DNA of 64,000 nt from assembly GCA_012295275.1 (NCBI GenBank), contig CM022670.1, forward strand, positions 31,124,001 to 31,188,000. Reading direction: 5' to 3'. This stretch comes from Chrysomallon squamiferum. Taxonomy: Eukaryota > Animalia > Mollusca. This document shows, in pieces, positions 44,101 through 57,569 of the stretch (position 1 is the first letter of the stretch; the number at the start of each line of letters is the position of its first letter). The notes under the pieces were generated by a model that made no database searches, was not told where the DNA came from, and saw nothing but the letters and a program-made list of their open reading frames with translations. Made by a program: the position numbers and the translations under genes.

Positions 44101-46112
44101 GTGAAACCTCCGATTCTATTTGGACCACTAAAACCTTGCCAGTGTATAACATAACTTCATTTAATCATTATGAGGCGATTTGACACAAAAACACACTACC
44201 AAATTGTTTAGTATTTCAATATCTGCGTCAAGAAAATAGTTTTCGTATTATGATATTCTTTATTATATCCCTGGCAAGTTTACAACCCCCCCCAAAAAAA
44301 AACCCAACAAAACAAGGCAATATTATACACTGTACCACAAGTTCCAAGGAAAAATATGACGTCAGTAGATATAGATTACAAAAATTAAGACGTGTTTTGA
44401 TATACAATATCATAAGTATTAACCGACACTGTATTCGTATGTACGGTAATTCACAACATTTTTAGTAAGACATTATCTTTGCAGTTTGACTTCAGCTATT
44501 ATTACGTAACACTGTGTTGTTTTCAATAGCTACGTTGATTATTAACCTTAGTGTTTAATACGTAATGATGTTTTATTGCATTATGAATGTACAATGTGGA
44601 TAAAAATAAGCATTTTAATGTGCTAAATTTTGTCGCATTAAAACAAAATTATTAGAATTATTTCAGACGCGTTAGTTTAATAGTTAATGAATTCTATCCG
44701 TCCGTTAAATATGTATCTGCCACAATATCCGATCGACTTTCTGTCTGTTTCCTTCTTTGTTTTAAAGTTCTTATACAACAAAAAGATACTCTTTATTATC
44801 TATATCCATCCATTAGCCTGTCCAGTCATTCATTCATCCATCAGTCAAATTCATTCATGTATTAACAACAAAATCATTTGCTTCTTAGCAGATTTTCGTA
44901 ATTAGAATATGCAAACGTTATTAACTCATGCAAGAAATATTAACCTGACACACGCCATTATAAATTAAAGAACAAATGTAGAAATGTATAAAAGTTGCCA
45001 TTCAATAACTGTCCCCTTTAAGACCGAATTTTTCATTGTATGTTCATACATACATACACTGTCACAAACATACGCGTGCATGCATACATCCGTACATATC
45101 TACTACAGACATACGTACAAACGTATAAACACGCATACACATAGAGACATACATACACACATACACATACTCACACACATAATTATACAGTGAAATGGAC
45201 TGTACTGTTTAATGATCTATGAAAAAATAAACAGGTATAAGAAAGTAAAGGAAATGTTCAAAGCATTTGTGTCTAAATGAAACGGTACAAAACATTTCAA
45301 GCTCACTAGTGAGAATTTGGTAAACACTAAAACGATAATCATTTGCATTCTAACAATAAATGATGCATCGATATTTGGTTTGGAATTGCACATGGTTTTG
45401 AGACTGGTGAAGTATTTTTTGTTGGGAATCCTAAGAATGTTGTTATTTTTCGGTGAAATGGAGTAAAGGATTTTGAAATGAAGCATGCACAAGGGAAAAT
45501 GGAGAGAAGTTTGCCAAAATCGCTTGCTGGTGTTTTGAAAATATCTCCATTATGAACGACTGTGTACAGGAAAGAATAATTGGAAAAAGAAACTTTATAT
45601 GTCAGTAAAGTTAATTTTATTACCGTTACAAATTAAAAAACAAACAAAAACGCGTTAATTAATTCCCCAAATTTCTCATATAATCAGTGAGTTAATGTGA
45701 GTTCCTTTAAGAGAGAGAGAAAAAAATACCTTGGGAAAGATAAGTTCTTTATTAAGAAAATGCATCTTTGTAATGTTATCTACATGATGCACTGTTACTA
45801 TTATCACAAACCATTACTTTTATTATTTAAATTTGTTTATTTATTACTGTTTAAAATCACAGTGATACCATAATTTATTGATGTTGTTGGCATTTATATT
45901 TTAATTACCATTAGTAATAGTAAAAGTAATAGTAGTAGTAGTAGTGGCACTAGTAAGAGCAGTATTAGTCGTAGTAATTGTAGTAGTATATTATTATTAT
46001 TGTTATTATCATTTTTAGCTCTAGTAGTAGTAGTAGTAGTTGTTGTTGTTGTTGTTGTATTGATTTTATCCATTAATTCATTATTTATTTATTTATTTAT
46101 TTATCTTTTCAG

Positions 46113-46208
46113 TGTGCCTTATTTGCATTCCAATGGCTGTGGGTCAGGCTGTGTATAAAGTGTGGATCTATGGAGAATTTATGTGTAAAATAACAGCGTT
46201 CTTACAAG
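46113..46208 (+). CDS. GPCR exon 2 (end of TM2, ECL1, start of TM3); not in the ORF track
   Basis: Acceptor tcttttcAG at 46111-46112 and donor CAAG|GTAAGT at 46209. The exon is 96 nt, phase 1 to 1. It reads (V)CLICIPMAVGQAVYKVWIYGEFMCKITAFLQ(G), with the TM2 Pro, the WxxG loop motif and the TM3 Cys. Confidence 0.95.
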
Positions 46209-47573
46209 GTAAGTTTTCTATTATAACGATCACACAAGGAATAGTATTTTCTACGACCAGCGCAAAGGTCAAATCAAGATAAAAATAGTAACTTTTATCT
46301 AATTAATGTTCGTGTTGCTTGTCGAACTCGCACACTCTAGCAGTCCATGTTATCTGCTAAAAATAAAATATGCTAGAAAACATATTGCTTTGGTTTTGTT
46401 TACAACTAAAAGGAAGACACTGTCTATCTTTCAAAACTGACAATGCAATGTAAAATTTTGTTAACTCATTTAAAGGTTGGAAGATAATTTGTTCTAATCG
46501 CGGTTTCATCTACATCTGATAGGTTTTAGGATAACGAAACATTCAAGAAGACGATGAAATATTATTGTATTAATCGTTATAATAAATACATATTGAATCT
46601 TTGTCTTAGATATCCTTTTAGCATTTAATAATCACACATTCTTGAAGCATTGTCGAAATTCTTATTAACATATCCTATAATAGTCTCTTCTTTATAAAAA
46701 TAAAAATAAAAACATTAACCTATGTTTAGCTAGGCTTTTGTCTGTTTTATCTTATTAACAGTCATGTTTAAATACCACAATATATGAAAACGATTTACTT
46801 ACGTTTAGCAAGTATGTTGTCTATTTTATTTAGGCCCATAATTATTACCAGTCCATAATATTAGTAATCATATATCTTTTGCCTGTGTGAATGTATTACA
46901 ATAACTTTGTACTCTTTAACCATCTAAATTAATTTTCACTGTTTTCTTAGATATTAATAACACATGTAAATGTCATCGTGTTTATGCCAGTGCTGTGTAA
47001 TTAATATTAATATTGCAAGTGTCGACGTAGCATATTACAATAACGATATTACCTCACTACAGGGTCTTGTCGGTCAGAATTTATTATTAATAATAGCTAC
47101 ATATTGCCTGAATATCCTACAGGTGTGAATACTTGAACTACTACTATTGTACTACTACTACTGCTGTTACTACTACTATTACTGCTACTGTTGTTGTTTT
47201 TACTTCCACTACTACTGTACTACTATTATTACTACTTATGCTATCATTACTACTAACTAAACCTACTACATGTATTACTGGTGCTGCTACTACTATTTAT
47301 ATGTGTTTCTGCTACTGCTACAAGTTAAGTAGTAGTAGTAGTAGTAACATCAGCAGCAGCATCAGTGGTGATAGCAGTAAATTATAGCGGTAATAGTACG
47401 GCAGTGGTGGAATAAGTGTCAGCAGCAGTAGTAGTTCTAACAGTGATTATAGTGAATGGTGGTAGTGGTAATAAACAGACGTATCGATAATCTCTATCTC
47501 ACTTAAAAGTATAACTAGAACTTCGTAGACATGATTATAATATTAATTACAAAATTCAACTTATGTTTTGTAG

Positions 47574-48259
47574 GCGTCAGTGTATGTGCCAGCATCTTCA
47601 CAATCACAGTGTTGAGTTTAGATCGGCTTCTTGCAATAAGACATCCCATGGTTTTCAAGCGAGTCAGCAACTGCAAGATGGCGGGCAAGACGATTGTCCT
47701 CATTTGGATTATTTCAATTGGCGTCATGGCTCCACTTCTTGCCTTTAGAAAAACAGAGGAGGAGCAGCTGCCGGGAGAATCGTTTCAGTTTTGCCACGAA
47801 TCCTGGCCCGAAGACTACCACAGACAGATCTACGATTCTTGTCTCTTCGTCATAGTATACATCATCCCAGGTGTCGTCATTGGCGTCAGCTATGGCTTGA
47901 TAGGAAAACAGCTGTGGACAGAGGACGAGGATCTTAAACGAGGAGAATCTCAAATAAGCCGAGGAATGTCTCAGAAAATAATGAGAGGTCGAAAACATGT
48001 TGCCAAAATGCTGATGGCCTTAGCTTTAGTATTTGCTGTTTGTTGGCTGCCATATTATATTGTTAGTCTTTACCTGGACTTTCAGGAAGAGAGCAAAATA
48101 ATAGACTTTCTCGTTATCCTGCCTTTCACTATATTGCTTGGACACGTTAATAGTGCATTAAATCCCATTTTATATTTCTATACTAGCAAGAGTTTCAGAA
48201 GATATTTGCTAAAGCTTGTAAGCTGCAAAAAGGAAGAATCACGCCAAGGAAACACACCG
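47574..48259 (+). CDS. GPCR exon 3 (TM3 to TM7 and helix 8), neuropeptide receptor of the orexin/QRFP/NPFF/CCK-like group
   Basis: Acceptor ttttgtAG at 47572-47573. Motifs: GVSVCASIFTITVLSLDRLLAIRHP (DRY-like), TM4 W, ECL2 FCHESW, YIIP...Y in TM5, RKHVAKML...FAVCWLPYY (CWxP), NSALNPILY (NPxxY) and SKSFRR. Phase-0 donor CCG|GTACGT at 48260. Confidence 0.95.
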
Positions 48260-50289
48260 GTACGTATAAACAGTAATTGTTACGGGGAAGGTGTATTTGA
48301 AATAAAACATTGTAATCCGTATCATCCTAGTGAATGTATATTCTGATATATTTTCTACAAATTATCTTAGAGGAATGAAGATAAAAAAGAATATTAAAAA
48401 ATCAAGAACTGACTAGTGTAATGTGCTATAAAATGTCTGATACAAACATATACAAATTATAACATAAACATTATACAATATGAGAGGAATAAATGTGTCC
48501 GTATATATATTTTGTTTAGAGAAATAGAAGGCTACATATATCAAAATTCTTATCATATGAAAAACACCAATTAACAGTTTTCCAAATATCTGTAAAAATA
48601 TTTTGGTAAGATGATATATAAGTGAGAACTAACGCCAACAACTTATAATCAGTCTTTTAAAGAAGATAAGTTAAAGAAATCGTCTTCAATGAGAACAGGG
48701 TTTTTGCCTTCAATCTGAAACAAGAACAACGCATTTTGGAAAGTTATCTTTTTTGTATGACAAGCAAATAGTCATCTTCCTCTGGCTTTTTTGCCCCCTT
48801 GTTTTGTTTGTTTGGTTTCTTTTGTGTGTGTGTGTGTGTGTGTGTATGTGAGAGAGAGAGAGAGAGTGTGTGTGTGTACTGTGTGTGGTATGTGCATGTG
48901 CGTGTGTGTGTCTTATTTAGAGAAATGATCTATAGGGAGAACAATTGTTTTGCTTACGGTCCATTTGAAACGTGATTTTAATCTAGAACAAAAAATGTTT
49001 GGCAAATTCATTTCTTTTTATCACACGCAAATGGATTCTCCATCTTTACTTGTCTGCATTGTCATTTCTTTTCTTTTAAACATCATAACATTGCAGATAT
49101 AGGAAACTGAGTATTAAAACAACTCTAAAACAACAACAACAACAAATAATAATAATAATAATAACAATAATAATAATAATAATAATAATAACTAACGAAA
49201 TTCTGGAGGAAAAAAAGGTGTTCAGACTAGATTAATTATCATTTCCACATTCCTAAGTGAACAAGAGATGTTTAATGAAGTTATAATAAACAGGATGAAT
49301 TCTACAGCACGTTTGTTTTATCCTAATCCCGGGGATGTTATTGTACGAATATAATACATTCTACAGATATTAAGTCACACGGATCATATTATGTAATAAT
49401 AATAATAATGCATGACGGAAAAGTTCAGAAATCGTATTGTCGAAAACCACAAAATACAGCAAAATTAAAACAGACATATTAAGAAATGCACTTAAAATTA
49501 AATATTATACTACTAATGGACACATATTCCATCATTCGCGCATATTATTAAGTTTATGTAAGACAAATAAGATTGTACATATTAAGATGATGACATTATA
49601 ATTATTATTATATATATCTTACACAGCTTTAAAAATATATTAAATTAATTTGTATAGATATTTAAAAGTGAAATAAAAAGAAAGGAAAACAAATGAGAGA
49701 AAAAGAAAAAAGAATGAAAAGGAACAGATTTTGTTTTTGAAAAACTAAAACTAAAAGAAACGTAAGCATGAAATCGGAATCAAAATAAAAGAAAACAAAT
49801 TAAAATTAAAAAGAAATAAAAAAATAAAAAATACTGTAAATAATTAAAAAGTTGGAAAAAAAAAATATTACTAATAAAAGAAAAGACAGTTTAGGATAAA
49901 CATATTTTTGTGTCTTTATTTTGTTTTATGCATATCTGCGTGTGTACATATGTGTTAAAACACAACAACCAGTTCATTTGAGAACAAATTAAAATTATTT
50001 CTGTATAGACAACATTACTTAGAGTAAAGGACTGATTCATTTGTTTAATTTAACTTTTTATTAGTTTTATTCTAGAAAAGATGGACGATCTGTTAACGTC
50101 ACTTTACTAGATAGAAGATTAATATAAGGACATTTCAAACTTAATTAGACAATTTTATATTAAACGTATATTAAACAAATGTGTGTAATTACTTGTACGT
50201 AAGATTTTTTTACATTTTTATTAGTTTCATAATGTTTGTATTATTATCATCATCATCATCACTATTATTATTATTATTATTCACTTCAG

Positions 50290-50757
50290 GTGGATGTGAT
50301 GGTTAAGGTAGATAAAGACAACTCTACGAAATCAAATACGGTAAAGAAACCAGTAGTTCAGCTGGTGTCACCCAGTTCGTGCACGCGCACTTTCAGCCTG
50401 CCATTCTCTCGACTCAACAGTATCAAGTCTAATACTGATTCTAATTCTTCTGTCAAGCGTCAGCATTATAAAGACTTCGCTAAACCAACAGACCTTCCTA
50501 CAATTCTTCTTCACTCGACAGAAAACAGTGTCACTACCAGAAACGGTCTGGATTCGCACAAGCTGCACGAGCCAACTCATCAGAGGGAAATTATGGCTTG
50601 CACGTTAAGCATCCCAACGACTATCCAGGAAGAAAGTTCGCGATCTCGTCCTTCCACCCCCGGATCGCCGAGCCATTGTTCTTTAATCAAAGAAGAATCG
50701 ACTAATAAACATGAAGTGTTATCGGAGATATTGGTCAAAAGTAAATCTATTGAATAA
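50290..50757 (+). CDS. GPCR exon 4, Ser/Thr-rich cytoplasmic C-terminal tail, to stop codon
   Basis: Acceptor tcacttcAG at 50288-50289, phase 0, matches the exon 3 donor. There are 155 open, non-repetitive codons with higher GC than the flanks (VDVMVKVDKD...SRSRPSTPGSPS...KSKSIE), ending in TAA at 50755-50757. Confidence 0.85.
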   Translation: MDVMVKVDKDNSTKSNTVKKPVVQLVSPSSCTRTFSLPFSRLNSIKSNTDSNSSVKRQHYKDFAKPTDLPTILLHSTENSVTTRNGLDSHKLHEPTHQREIMACTLSIPTTIQEESSRSRPSTPGSPSHCSLIKEESTNKHEVLSEILVKSKSIE

Positions 50758-50842
50758 CTAAATAAATAAATAAATATTTATTTATTTATTTATTTATATA
50801 TTTGCTTGTTTGTTTGTTTGTTTAAATATACATACATAATAT

Positions 50843-50895
<53 letters not shown>

Positions 50896-53217
50896 TAAAA
50901 AGAAAAATATTTTATTTATTTATTTAGTTACTTAATTTCGTTTTCATGGAATGTAACTATTCAGTGTTTAGAAGTATTTTCAAGACATGTTAAAACATAT
51001 AAGCTCAATATACAACAGTATTTCTGAAATGATTATTTACGTCAGCTTTCACGCTGTAAATTGTCTTGATGTTTTTTTTTTGGGGGGGTTGTCATTTTGT
51101 TTCTCTGTTGATACTTCTGGAGACAAACTGTACAGCAGTATGGGAAGACACGGAAGATGTACTGTAACTAGTTTTTCTTTCAAAGATTATTTTTGAATAA
51201 CTTGTTTCTAAACATTATCGACTCTCAAATCTCAATGTGCCTGTTTCTTTCAATGACAGTTTGAAATTGATTTATTAATATCATAAAAATGATCGCTTCG
51301 AACAAACTCTGTTACTGTCACTGCTGAACATTTTGGGTTTCACTGGTTTTATTTGTAGATGTTGAATATATTCACATATTATTTATCTATATGTTTATTT
51401 ATTCGTTCACTGATTGTTATTTTCAAATTTTCAACAAGGATAAATTAACCACTGGAAATGTTTATAGGGAAAACTCACACAATTTTACAATAGGAATCAT
51501 AATTATTTGGTTGAAACATGTCAGTCAGTGTTCGTTTAATATTTGCACTTCAGTGAGAAATAACTGTAGACTGTTATGTTTATAAACGTAAATTTAAAAC
51601 ATTCATTTATAAGATCATCGTAATAATAATAATAATAATAAAAGCAAAAAGAAGAATAGCGAGAAAAAGGATGACATACTGTTATTATCATCATCATCAC
51701 TGCTACTGCTACTACTACTGTTGTTATTAGTATTAGTATTAATATTAGTATTAAAAGAAGCAGAGTTCTTCATCAAATATTATAGATGTTTAGAATTATG
51801 TCGATAAGACTGAAAATTAAAACACTGACTTGCATTTATCTAGGAAACTGTCAAAGACTATCTTCCAGTAATATAATTAACGTGTGTGTTTGTACATCTC
51901 CGTGCATGTATGTGTGTGTCTCATGTGTACATATATGTATGTGTATACATATGTATACATGCTGTGAATGAATAATATTTTTTATGAATATAAATTAAGT
52001 TTAAAAATAAAATAAGGCCAAATGTTATTTTTTAAAAGTTGTTTTATTGTCTCAGTTGAGTCATGTTATTTGTTGACAAATTTAAATAAACCATTGTTGA
52101 AAGTTCAGTATGTGCGTCTGTTATTTTTCATATTTAATGTAATCTTTCAAAGACCCTATTCTCTTTCAGGGATAGGTTGGTTTTATCTAGAAGTGAATAC
52201 AGAGTCAAAGGCATTAAAGAAAATGGATCTTTCCTTTTTATTGTGTTTTATCAGACATAGGAGGAGAAAGATAGACAGACAGAGAGAGAGAACTACCCTC
52301 CATATATTGTCAAAGTTAATAAACCTATAACCGTCATAAAACTATTAAATAAATTAATCGCATTGTTTTATCATAGAATAATCTGATTTGAGTAGATAAA
52401 ATATTTCAAGTCAGTTGGGAAAATAAATTACTGAAAAAGAAATGTCGGTACTAAAATTCAGTACTGTAACGTAACATAAACGTATCAAGAAAGAACTGGT
52501 TTACATTTTATCTTCTGAAGTCAAAGCTCTAAAACATTATGAATCATATAAATAACTAAACCATTTTGAAGAAACATACTTAGGAAACTAAAATTAATTA
52601 ACATTAATTTCTTTTTATTTTTTATTTTGTAAAATAATGATTTATGACGACACTTTTTTGGCTCTAGAACGGGCGATTCACTACTTCCGATCTCTTGTTA
52701 CATCGCTTTTCTTTCACATCCATTTTTCATCACATCATTTTGGCGAACTGATATAATTTTTATTATCACTGAATTCAAATTCTATGGAAATTCCAAACTC
52801 AAACACGAGAACTCAGGTAATGTAGATATTTTGCATAAATAAATTTAATCTGTAACTAAATATTATTAGGAAACATTCTATCATGTAATAGAAATCGTGT
52901 TTAAAATAACATCTGAAGAACTAAAGAGGTACTGAAAGCAGCCACTGCCAGTAACTGAAACCAAAAATAAATATATATATATATATAGATTAGTATACTA
53001 TCCTTGTAAGGAATTATTGTTAAGATCGGTATGTAAAGAAAAGTTTGATCATCCGTTCTAAAAAGTTAAATTAATTTATTTTTGAGCATTAATAATTGTT
53101 GTAATGGAGAAGCAGCATTTAGTTGTGTTAATGGAATCATTTTATTCTGTTCCTCTCTTTGTTTTTGTTCTTTATTGTATTTGAGAAAAAAGAAGCGAAA
53201 CGAAATGAATCAAAAAG

Positions 53218-53221
<4 letters not shown>

Positions 53222-53315
<94 letters not shown>

Positions 53316-53321
53316 TCTCTC
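53222..53321. repeat. (TC)n microsatellite
   Basis: Directly visible, with one TG interruption. Confidence 0.97.
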
Positions 53322-53668
53322 GTAACAGTTATTTTAATGGAAAATTCCATGCAGCGTAAAAACTTAAATGAATAAAATATATATACAAAGACAAAAACTA
53401 CACATGTATGCTTATATTCTTTAAACCATTTTCTTATTTTATCACAGCAAAACAGCTGTATGATTGAGTCCCTAATGCAACGGCATTAAAATACTGAATA
53501 CGTGAAGTCTTAGTAAATCTCTGCACATTTTAAGCTGTTATTTAAAAAAAAAAAAAATTCCAGTGAGTCTATATATCTTTTTCAGTGTGTATATTATTAT
53601 TATTATTTATTTTTATTTATTTATTTTTTGGGGTCTTTTTTATTGTGTTTTATTTATTTTTATTTTTA

Positions 53669-53709
<41 letters not shown>

Positions 53710-54803
53710 TTTTTTTTTTTTTTTTTTTTGTCTTTTTTGGTCTTTTTGGCCTCTGTTTATAAACTTCTTTTTTATTATTATTATTATTATTATTTTTTTT
53801 TTTTTTTTTTTGTCAGTTAGTTGGCTGACTATCACACCAATACGTTGCCTTCACATTAAAATAATAGATAAAGAATGATTAAGATAAAAAAGAAAAGAAA
53901 AAGATAAATAGTAACATCGTAATGCTTCTAAATCATAGCGCTACATTTGGTGAATATTTAGTCTGAGTCGTGTTTGCGTGTTAGGCGAAAGAAAAGCAAT
54001 ATTTTAGGAGAAACTACCTTTTTATTGCTAGACCTAAAAGCCAGGTATATCTCCATAGTACACGCTCACCCGAGTTATCTTTTGTCCTTTGTGACCTGCT
54101 CACTTGATTATTTCTCGTATTAGGTGGGAAAAACCCACACATCAACATCGGGATTATCAAATGTGATGTATGTGCATACTGTCAAAAGGAAGATCCTCAT
54201 AATTATCTGATATTTTGTTAAGAGTTGAACTGGATGGGTGGAACCATGTTTATTCTCTTATAATTATAATAATCATTATGATAGAAAATATTTTTTAAAT
54301 ATTATTCATGCTTTAAAGATGTTACTATTAAAATACGCTAACATATCACACATCTAGTATTTATTACTTTAAAAATCTAGATTTAACAGCAGTGCAATTT
54401 TTCTATAATTTGCAGATTTTTATGTTGTTTTGTTAACCCTCGTAAAATCTAGAAAGCCGATGGTCTCTGTGTGTGTTTTAGTCTCACGAACATGAAGATT
54501 TGATGAGTCACCACTTCATTTCTCATTTTTCTGATTTGAGTTCATTGAGTTCATTGAACATTAGGTTGTTCCAGATCACATGAGAAATACCTAACTAAAC
54601 CTTAACTTCATTATTATCTAATTGTCTCGTCTGGGTTGACAGCGACAGTTTCCGTCACTAGAAACTCTATATACGATAGCAGATATTCGTTGACGCGCGA
54701 AATCGATTGAGCATGACTGTTACGTATTTAACTGTAATTAATTATTTGTAGCTGGAGTCATTATGTCATTGTGGTCCCGTCCTTCAACGTAAATATATAT
54801 TCA

Positions 54804-54928
<125 letters not shown>

Positions 54929-56199
54929 ATCTACCTATCTTTCTTTCTTTTTTAATCTGTCTTCTAAATGGCTCTGTCTCTTTCAGTCGCTATACTATCT
55001 ATCTTTCTATCATTTATATGTCTATTTCTCTTTCAGTCTATCTTACTCTCTCTCCGTGTGTAAATATATCTGTCTCTCTGTTCAAATCTTCTTCCTTCAT
55101 CTCTCTCCCTTCCGTTCTTATCTAGCTAGCTCTGTATGTAAGAGAGTGTGCATGTGTGCATGTAGTACTACAGTAATTCAATAGCAGATAATTAATGAAG
55201 GATGAAACTGCAATTTTTAATTATATTTAGTTTTTAATAGAAAAATAATTGTTAAAAAATCCTAAGATCATTGGTTCCTTTAATGTAGCTCTGTTTCGAA
55301 ATCGATAATTTATTTCGAAACCTTCGTGCAATGTTAAATTCTTGCTACAAGTTAAAACACTTTAAAAATTAGCTTGGGTCTAGAAGAACAGACAGAAAAG
55401 AGTTACAAAATGTCTAAGTGGGTAGACAGATAAATAGACTGGCAGACAGACAGATGAATGGACAGATGCATTAATAGTGAAAGAAGAACAGAGAGAATAC
55501 AATTAAGACTAATGTATTGATATTATAGTGTTTTGTTTTCGTCTCTCTAGGTTGTCTGTTTACAAAAATACTTTTCATAATAAGCTCATTAGTTGTCATT
55601 TGATTATGAAGTGTAACTTTTAGATATATTTAAATACACCTAGAGAAATAACAACAAGATATGCTGTGATATTACAGAAAAGATAAAGTTAAATCTGTGC
55701 ACGTATTTATTAACAGTTTACTAATTACTTAATTATTTTCATTTCATCTTGTTTTATATATATATATATAATTATTTGAAAACATTCAGGCAAAAATAAT
55801 TCTTTATTTATCATGCACGCACGCTCGAGAGAATATTAGAGAATAAAGAATGATTTTAAAGAACCCATTTCGAAAGTTCGTTTGTGTGTGTGTGTGTGTG
55901 TGTGTGTTCTTAAGCATGAGAGAATGTCTAAATGTTTGTTTTATTTCTCAAGCGATTTTTCTACACTAATTATGAAGACTGAATTGTAAGAAGATATGAT
56001 TTAATACATTTATAATATTTGCTATAGTGTATATATTCTGTTTGGATCTATGTGTGCGAGTCTTTTTCCTGTGTATGCACAACCCAAGAGGACATGAACC
56101 GTCCAGTCTGTTCAATCTGGTGATATTGTGTTGAGGTTAACAATATTGACTGGTGAACGTAAATCAATGAAATTCTTTTATTATTTTTAAAGACTTCTA

Positions 56200-56400
56200 A
56201 CAGCGTCAGGCGCGGTATTTGGTTGGACTGGTTTTATCAACGGTACCTGAGTACATCACAGCGTAGTGATAGCGGCCAAAGTAAGTTTTGCAATTCAGCG
56301 ATTGGAAGAAGCGGGAATGAGGTTTTCGAAACAGAGCAACCGTTGTTAGCCGATTTCTTACTACTCTGATTCTATCAGCAGTGTGTGAACAGTTTAGTAT
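56200..56400 (+). promoter_or_regulatory. Candidate promoter / 5' UTR region of paralogue 1C
   Basis: Locally CpG-enriched stretch 0.7-0.9 kb upstream of ATG 57092. It has an inverted CCAAT (ATTGG) at 56301 and a consensus GTAAGT donor at 56281. Confidence 0.35.
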
Positions 56401-57091
56401 TCTTAGTTTGAACAGGTTTTTATTTTATTTGTCATTTCTCTCTCATCTTCGTTTTGATGCTCTGATGCTTTATTTCTATATTTTTTATATTTTTAAGCAT
56501 TATTCACAAGGAAAGGAGATTTTATTTTATTAAATTTTAATAAGGTAGTACTTTTGATGCTTTTGTATGTGATATAGCGATCTGGAATATAGAAATTTGT
56601 ATGTACACAAGTTTTAACAATGAGCAACTGAAATCAGTTGATTATTAATATTAAAATTATCTGAAGATGTTTATTTTCAGAAGTGATGAAATTGCGTTGA
56701 CATGTCTGGGCATATCCGGCGAATTAAAATTGTATTCTCATATGGATCTCTAATGGAAATTCTGAACGGAGCATGTATATTTTCAAGAATAAAGATGCTT
56801 CTTTATTAGAAATTGAATTTTAAATAAAATTCGAACTTTTGACAAAAATCCAAAGGAAAGTGAAACTTTTTTCTGAAATGGAATTTTGGTGAAAAACAAA
56901 CTGAAACAAGTATGATGTTGTTAAAGAATTTTCAGATGTTTTGGAAACGGACATACCTTTTGATTAACATACCTAGTGTTTTTTCTTCTTTGTGGTTTGC
57001 CTTTGGGTGAAAGATAAGTTATGTTAGGAAACAATTTTTAAACAGCTCACACCTAGCTAAGCAACAACAATACTGAACAAAAGTAAAAGAA

Positions 57092-57389
57092 ATGTACATT
57101 CTGGAAGATATGGCAAATTTTAGTCATGGTTTTTATTTCTGGGCCAACGATTCCTTGAACTATAAGGTTCCTCTGGACGAAGACTTGAGTAGAGTGATAA
57201 ATAGTTTTAGAGATAGTTTATTCACTGTGAAGAATCCGTCAACAATTGTTCTCCTTTGTTTCTACGTTCCTGTTTTTCTGACATCACTTGCCGGAAATAT
57301 CCTCGTTCTGTTAGTGATAGCACCCAATAAACAACTTCAAAGTGTCACCAACAATTTCTTATTAAATCTTGCAATCGCTGATTTACTTG
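57092..57389 (+). CDS. First coding exon '1C' of a further paralogous neuropeptide GPCR; remaining exons not seen in the window
   Basis: ATG at 57092, with an alternative Met 6 codons later. Translation includes FYVPVFLTSLAGNILVLLVI (TM1) and QSVTNNFLLNLAIADLL (TM2, LAxAD). Donor TTG|GTAAGT has GT at 57390. Length 298 nt gives phase 1, the same intron position as 1A and 1B. Sequons NFS and NDS. Confidence 0.9.
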
Positions 57390-57531
57390 GTAAGTATTCT
57401 TTGTTACTGTCAATTTGTCATCTTCATTATCATCAGTCACATTATCGTTATCATAAATCATTATTTTATCATCATCATTATTATCATAGTCATTGTCTTC
57501 ATCAGCATCATCATCATCATCATCATCATCA

Positions 57532-57569
<38 letters not shown>

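Noticed and set aside
47531-47573. ORF-track start MIIILITKFNLCFV for the large GPCR ORF
   Set aside because: It is intron sequence upstream of the acceptor at 47573. The true frame comes from exon 2.
53590-53812. Extreme poly-T/(TTA)n tract giving hydrophobic ORFs
   Set aside because: Low-complexity sequence, possibly with homopolymer errors. It is non-coding.
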